Shown here piece after piece: positions 51,486 to 59,274 of a stretch of 64,000 nucleotides of DNA. Origin of the DNA: Chara braunii (taxonomy: Eukaryota > Plantae > Charophyceae). Location: contig BFEA01000039.1 of the NCBI GenBank assembly GCA_003427395.1, positions 1,852,779 through 1,916,778 on the forward strand. The letters run 5' to 3'. The number at the start of each line of letters is the position of its first letter. Position 1 is the first letter of the stretch. The position numbers and the translations under genes are program-made. Under the pieces are notes generated by a model, which did not search any database, was not told where the DNA came from, and saw only the letters and a program-made list of their open reading frames with translations.

Positions 51486-54400
51486 GAAAAGGTCTTTATG
51501 GAATTGACAAAAAATGCGAGAAAATAGTTTATTAATCACGAAAACCGTGTCGCACCGTTGAGCTAGCTCAACTCAACGGTGCAAGTGGGACATGGCCCCC
51601 GGTTTCAGCTTATGTAATAAAGTTTGATTTCCCAGGAAAAAAAAAAAAAAAATCCACAAACTTCAATGGATGATGGTAGCAGTAGGCATGTGTCACACAA
51701 TGGGTCGTGTCATCATTTTTGACATGTGATGCTGCATCGATTGCCGCATTGCTGACAGCTTACACCTCAGAGCGCGGTCCGAAATAGGCAGTGGTGATCA
51801 TCCTGGAAAACGATGTCCTTCCTTATTATTATTATTATAAATTTATAATATTACAATAATAACTAGGGTTTCACACAAGGACTTTTCGGACTGAATCTGG
51901 CCACAAGTGTGGAGATGTCCCTAGTGTGAATATATGCCCAAAGTTGCAATGCAATTGACTGTATTGTACCTTTGGCAGGAACTTGTCTGATTACTGGACG
52001 AGTTCTAGTGTGAGTTCTAGTGTGAGTCCTAATGTGCGTTCTAGCGTGAGTTCTACTATAGTGAGGTCTAGTGTCAACTCTAGGGTGAGTTCGAGTGTGC
52101 GTACCAGACTAGTGAACTTATCTCATGACTACCCTCTTCCCCCGGATACAACGTACGGTAATTATAGCTGTATTTGGAGTATCTTTCAGTCTAAATACAG
52201 TTATAATGACCGTACGTTGTATTCGGGGGAAGAGGGTAGACGAGTTCTTAATATTTGCTTTCTGTGACTGTCTTCTCCATGGTGGAGGGGTTTCTTGCAG
52301 GTGAGAACGTCGAACCTGGTCCTCTGGAAGAAGCGATACTGAAGAGCAATCTGATATCGCAGGTTATGTTGGTTGGGCAGGTCGGTTGGAAATTCTGACG
52401 ATTCCACTCTCCTCCTCCTCCTCCTCCAACCTCGTCCCCTCCTTCTCCCCCTCTCCCTCTCCCTCTCCCCCTCTCCCTCTCCCAGAAGAGAGGCATACTC
52501 CTATTATGGCTATGGATTCATTCGAGTTTTGGTTTAGCGTTCACCTTCGTTCTGTCAGAAGCCTGCTCAACTATGGATGCCCAAGCTTATGACTTTGAAG
52601 ACTCCAACAAGTATAACTGGGACTGTGGCATGCATAGTCAGATATTCCGCCTTTTGCTTATTCGAAAAGAAAAAGGAAAAAACTGCAAGGAACCTTCCCC
52701 TGTGGAGAAACACAGACCAGTCCTTCGGGACATCCATTAAAATTGGAACGATACAGAGAAGATTAGTATGGCCCCTGCGCAAAGTGGGGGGGGGGAGAGG
52801 GGAACTCAGACCACACGCATCATGAACTCTCACTTGACCAACAAACACACGGCGGCAAGGCAGTTAGCAGAATTGACAAGGAGATGATCACATGAGCACA
52901 AGAATGAAAACTATCTGACTCTCTTGGTGATGAAAGGCCCCGTTTTGGCATCCAGCGAATTACAACAACAACGATAGGTCATCTCTGCTCTCGCTGGTCT
53001 TTGTACCCGCCCTACGGTCGTTACTCTAACAGAACGTCCGGTCATTATAGCTGCATTTGAGGGCAACTTTCAGTCTAGATACTGCTATAATGACTGGACA
53101 TTTCTGTTCACGTGAAGACGGTAATGGTCACCTGCTCTATCATCTACTCTATCCTTATACTGCACCGTCCCTAAGAGTCCCATGCCTCAGAGTCCCATTC
53201 CGCTTCCACTTCTGCTGCTGAGCACTTGAAGAGTCTGACCCTACAGGAGCTCTCCCTGCCGACCACCAGGTAAGTACCCTCCAACTCTCCTTTTCTCCGT
53301 GGTTTCCTCTTTCCCAAGGATCTGCCCGTTCAGCGCCTTATTCCCTTTTTTTTTTTTTTTTCACCTTATTCCATCTCAGCGCCGCACGTCTGTGGGGCCA
53401 ACCTGTTTTTCCGGTGCCCGAACTGCTCTGGCGGTGGCCTTCTTCCCAGCGCCCAAACTGCCATGGCGCCATCCTTGGTGATCTCTCTAAGCCCGGCTGT
53501 TGCTGGCGCTGCCTGTTGGCAGAAGCCACTCCTTCCTCCAATTAGCTCGGCTCACTATGAGCGCCCGCCGCCCAGCAGTATATTTGGCGAACTCCGTCCG
53601 ATCAAGACATCCTTTTTTTTTTTTTTTGAAAAGGTGTGATGGCCTCGATATATCATTGTCAAACTGACCGGCTTTACGTAAATTCAGAGTTCTTTTACTC
53701 TTCTGAGTTCACGAGGACTCGAATTGAGGTCTGTCTTTCAACAGCTGACAGATGCACCAACTGAGCCAGGCCTGTCGGTACCAAGACGTCTTTGACTTAC
53801 TCGGGCCCTTCCTGAATGCTTCGGCCAGGCTTCTCTTGAGCCGAGAGGGGCTGCCTTCCCAAGACTTCCGGTTTCACCCGTGCCCTACTAGCTCCCAGAT
53901 GGCCTGGTCGGGCCGAACCTGACCGGGTTTTATGATTTTATCCCTTTGGCCTGAGCCCAGGGCCTACCGGAACCCAGGGCCTACCAGAACCCAGGGTTGT
54001 CACAAAAAAAAAACAAGATTTTTTTTTTTGTTTTTTTGTTTTTTTTGTTTTGTTTTGTTTTGTTTTGTTTTAATGCCACTTGTTTTCATGTTTTACCAAT
54101 ACTCTGAGACATTTGACATCCTCTCTTTTTTTTTTTATGTTTTTTTTTGCGTTACCTTCACCGACACCTGGCTGTCTCTGGCTGGCTCGATGTCCAGCCG
54201 GACAAGGTGCCACCGAAGGTCCCAGTAGCCACAGTGCAAAATAGGAAAAAAGAGACGCATCGCAAAACAACTGTTGGCTGACGGTCCCCACAGTATTCCT
54301 TATCGAATGAAGATTAAGAAACTGTAGTATTTGTTCTCCTGAGCTTAATCTTCTCCTTTAGGAAGAAACCGGACCAAGGGAGGGGTTTCTACAAACTAAA

Positions 54401-56467
54401 CACGTCCTTACTTACCTCTGAAAAATTCCAGTGATATATCAAGGATGCTTGGACCTACTGGCAATCATAACGGGACACTAACCAAGACGACGTCCTTTGG
54501 TTTAATAATGGCTTGGCCTTTGTGGCCTGGAAATGTAACGAGTATTCAAAAACTTTTAGCAGATCAGCGCCATTTAGAAGAGATGAACCTTCAACATTGC
54601 CTGCAGTGCCCTGCACCAGTTATGACAACAAGAGGATTACCCAATTGAGGTGACACGCGTGGAGGAGCTTGCAATTAAAAAAATCCAGAGAATGGAGGAC
54701 CAGCTGTTATCCTTTCTTTTCTTTTTTTTTTTTTCTTTTTTTTTTTTTGAAAGAGCCCTTGTGTAAGCCCTCAATCCCAGCGGTGGTAAGAGAACCGTCA
54801 GATTTGAGGGCTTATCTGCCAGGCTGGAATACCAATGGTTGGGCGCTCGCATTAAGGGGGAAATCCAAATCCATTGACACAAGCTCGTTTCTTTCCCATG
54901 GCAAGGGTCTGGACTGGAAAATCCATCATCGAGGCGTTGGTAGACCCGAAATAGAACCAAGCCCCACTAGCGACCACCACACCTCAATGTGTCCGAATTG
55001 CCTGTGACTTCTTCCAAAGATTTCCTCACATCCAGATGTGGCCACCACCCTTAGGACCAGCGAGTAATGGAGATTGATTAATTCCTTACTCCCATGAACA
55101 AAAGAAATGCTACCGAAACCTCTCTCCAAGGAAGAAGTATGGTCTGCCCTATTACTCACGGAAGAAGAGAAGACCCTAGGGATCGATGGCCTCCCCAAGG
55201 AGTTATGGGAATTCCAGTGGGGTAGTATCTCGCAGGATGTATGGGATTATTACCAAGCTGCCTGCATCTCAGATTCTCAGGGCAAATGGGAGAATTCGTC
55301 GGACAGGAGGTTCTGAAGTTTTTTATACAAAAAAGGAGATAAAAACAACATCCGTGACTGTCAGTCGACCTATTGGTGGCTAAAGCACTAGCAAACAGGA
55401 TGAACCGGATGATGGAGAATATTATACATCCCGCTCAAACTGATTTCGTAAAAGGAAGAAAATTACAGGATAACATCCTCCTCATCAATGAAATCGCCGT
55501 GCTCATTCTACAGTCAAAGCACCATCCAGCGCTATACCTTCTTCCCCCGAATACAATGCACGGTCATTATAGCTGTATTTACTATTTCTTATTTAGACTG
55601 AAACATACCCCAAATACAGCTATAATGACCGTCTGTTGTATTCGGGGGAAGAAGGTAGTCCCCTGCAAGAGGGTCTCGACTCTCGATGGATGGATGCTGT
55701 GTGCAGAGAGTGCGTGTGTGTCACTGCAACCGTGCAGCGGTGGGGTGGATACGAGGACCAGTATCGTTCACCTGTTGAACACCGGGTCACAGTTGCAGTG
55801 GTTAAGGCGTCTGGCTGTTTAGCTTGAGATTGGCAGTGCGATTCCTTGAAGGGTCAACAGTAAGGTTAGATACCCATTTCACTTTGCGTGGTAACTGGCT
55901 GGGAAATAATACTTAGGCCTACTAGCGACGAGCCATTTTGGGAATTTTTGGCCGATTATGCCATGACAATTACAACCCATAGTCTGAGAAAATACTGCCA
56001 TTTTGTTGAACTTTTTTTTTTTTTTTTTTTTTTGTACTCTTGCCGCCAGCTCCTTGTCTGTTGCGTTTAGACTTGTCCCAGCTGCCTTGACTGAATGGAT
56101 GTCTGTCTTCGTGTACAAATGATTGATTGAGCTGATCGGTTTATGCGCTCGTCACAGCACTAACCTGTTTGCAGTGTTATTGCTGCGGGAGGGGGACTTA
56201 TCTGTAATGCCAGGGAAGCAGAGTGAGGCAGAACTGAAATTGAGCAATTAGATACCTTTCTCGGCCTTTTGGCTAGGATCAAGTGCAGTATCTGTTCTGG
56301 TCAGTTTCATATCTGATCCGTGGTCCATCGGACCACAAAAAAAAAAAGAAAAAAAAAAAGAGCAACTAGAGGGATGAGGGACAGACAAAGCAGGACGGAT
56401 AGCGACAGCATATGGGTAAAATGTTGGGAGGGGAGGCAGAGAGGTGGCTATAACCTTCACAATGTGC

Positions 56468-56506
<39 letters not shown>

Positions 56507-56891
56507 CTTCATTCCAGAGCAAAATGTATTGATTCAGCGATCGAATCGATGTGCAGGATCAGCGGAAGATAGGCGCTCTTATTGTGTCCAACAAGGAAGA
56601 GCTGCATGCTGCTGCTGTAGCCCACAAGCTATCCCAGGGTGACAATTCTCCCCCAGCTGAAAATGACTACAGGGAGCTAATCAGACAAGAGTTGAGGAAA
56701 TGGTAACATTTCCAAGTCCCAGTTTGAATAAGTTCCAGTTTGAAAAAGTTCCAGTTTGAAAAAGTTCCAGCTTGCAAAGTCCATTTGAAAAAGTCCCAGT
56801 TTGCTAGTTCCATGTTGCCCAAATTTCCCAATTGTTCTGTACTCTTTCTCCTATATGCTATTTGGAACTATTGCTAATTGATTATTAATCT

Positions 56892-56930
<39 letters not shown>

Positions 56931-58138
56931 AGAACCTCTCGATTCTGGCTCCTGCCATTCTGGGGAGCAACAGTCCGATTCCTATTCACTATTGCTAACT
57001 AATCTCCTATTCTATCTATTGCTAACTATTCGCAACTAATCTCCTATGCTGTTCCTGATGGTTCCCAGACCCTCTCCCATACTATTCCAACTGTTCCCAA
57101 CTACTCTCCTCTTATGCTTTTCCTTACTCTTCCCAATAATACTGTAAATAATAAATATGCTATATATTATATTCCCAGCTACTCCCAACTTATCCCAACT
57201 ATTCCCAACTAGTGCTATTCCCAACTATTCCCAACTTATCTTCTTTGCAATTCCTGCCTGTTCCTTACTAATCTCCTATGCTATTCCTAACGGCTCCCAA
57301 CTACTCTCGTATGCTATTCTCAACTGCTCCCTAGTACTATCCTATGCTATTCCCAACTGTTCCCAACTACTCTCCGATGCCATTCCCAATCGTTTCCCTA
57401 TTCCTAACTGCACTACAGCACTCTCCTTTGATATTCCTTACTGTTCCCAACTAATCTCCTATGTCATTCCTCGCTATTCCCAACGAATCTCCTATGCTAT
57501 TCCCGACTATTCCTGACTAATCTCCTATGCTATCCTGACTGTTCCCAACTAATCTCCAACGCTATTCCCGACTATTACCGAGCACTCCCGTATGCTATTT
57601 CTGACTGTCGAACTATTCGTAACTACTTTCCTATGCTATTGCTAATTGTTCTCGAGAATCTCGACTACTCTCCTATGCTATTCCTTAATAGTTAAACTAC
57701 TCTCCTATCGTACATTTGCTATCTTAGTATCTTCTCATAATCCCCCCCCTCCTCACCTCCAGGACAGATGTTCATTCAGTCCTCTCATTGCAACCGTCTG
57801 CCCTCTCCCGCCTCCCACCTCCCTGTCTTCTCCTCAACCTCTTTGTTGGTCAAGGCTGGAACAACACTGAACGCAGCCTCATGGGCTTTCACGTTGTCCT
57901 CCTTGTCCTTCTCCTTCTCCTTCTCTCCCTCCTCCGTCTTCAACGCTTTTCCATAGAAGAACGGGTACTGCGCTTTTTCTGCCTCAGGGGCAGCGTCCAA
58001 CTGCAGCTTCCATTCTGCTGCAGTCGTCATGATGGAGGATGATGGTGTCAGCAAGTCTCTCAAGAGGGGTCCGAAACTCCTCCCATTTCTGGGACGAACA
58101 CTCCTCACTCCCTCAAGAGCAACACTCAAACGCTTCTC

Positions 58139-58211
<73 letters not shown>

Positions 58212-59187
58212 CCCACATGCTGCACACAACTCACCCTCATCATGAAATATTGAACCGAAAAACTACCTTGTATAGAGGGTGTGCTGTATTCTGGGGAAGA
58301 CTGTAGGAAGGGGTTCAGCCAAAAATGTAGTGGTTAAGAGGCTTGACTCTTGTGGTCGAGGGTGCCGGTTCGATTCCGTCGAAGGTCTGAGGAAGTATCT
58401 TCGTTGTCGTTGTTGTTGTTGTTGTTGCTGTTGCTGTTTTGTTTTCTGGAGGGGGGTTCGTCTTAACGTTGTCATGTACACAACTGGATTTGAACGATGT
58501 TTATCTATTGGGCCTCGCTCCACTACTCACCACATGCACAAAAGACAAAAACTATGGCACTGTATCTTCACATGTTCTAGTGGAAAAATCATTCTCATTC
58601 TGCGCATTTGGTGAGTAGTTGAGCAAGGGCCATGGTTATGTGCTTTCGTTGAACTTTGTTTTATTTACTGCCTATCATGTATGGAACAGTTGGGCTCTAC
58701 AGTCTTCCCCCCTGAACACAGCCACACACCCTCCGTCACGACTGTATCATACCAGAAAGATAGCTTGTATGTAATTCAGGCGCACTCTGCAGGGGCATGT
58801 CCCGACTCACAAATTGACTGAAGCTGTTTGTTGTCTTCTGCCGTTTTCGTCAACTTTGTGACCGTTTGCGACCGTTTGTGACCGTTTGGGATTATTGTGT
58901 CTGCTTCGACAGTGTAAATTCATCAAAAGGTTTCCGAACACAGGACTCTGTCGGACCATTTGTACTTATTGATGAACCATTCTCGGTGAGTTCAGGCTAC
59001 TTGTGTTAATCAGTGTATGTCGTGCCCATCCCTTCTTCTTTTTTGTTTTTTTGAAAAAGAGATGTACTGTATTGCTGGGAACAGGGCTCAGCATCCCTCA
59101 CATCATATTCAGGTGACCCTATTGAAATGAGCTAGGCTCATTGGCCTAGGCAGAAATGAGGTCCAACAGATTGTGATTTTGAGTAAA

Positions 59188-59274
<87 letters not shown>

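Larger units (their letters stand above)
40157..51598. mobile_element. PIF/Harbinger-type MITE split by the LINE insertion
   Basis: Perfect TIR GGGCCATGTCCCACTTGCACCGTTGAG at both ends; 3-bp TSD CCG. Confidence 0.8.

Noticed and set aside
52720-52784. Functional U6 gene
   Set aside because: 3'-truncated with no TATA/USE upstream; the other U6 copies have core substitutions or indels.
53266-53277. Antisense U1 snRNA copy or extra exon at CCAGGTAAGTAC
   Set aside because: There is no further U1 similarity, and the reading frame is complete without an extra exon.
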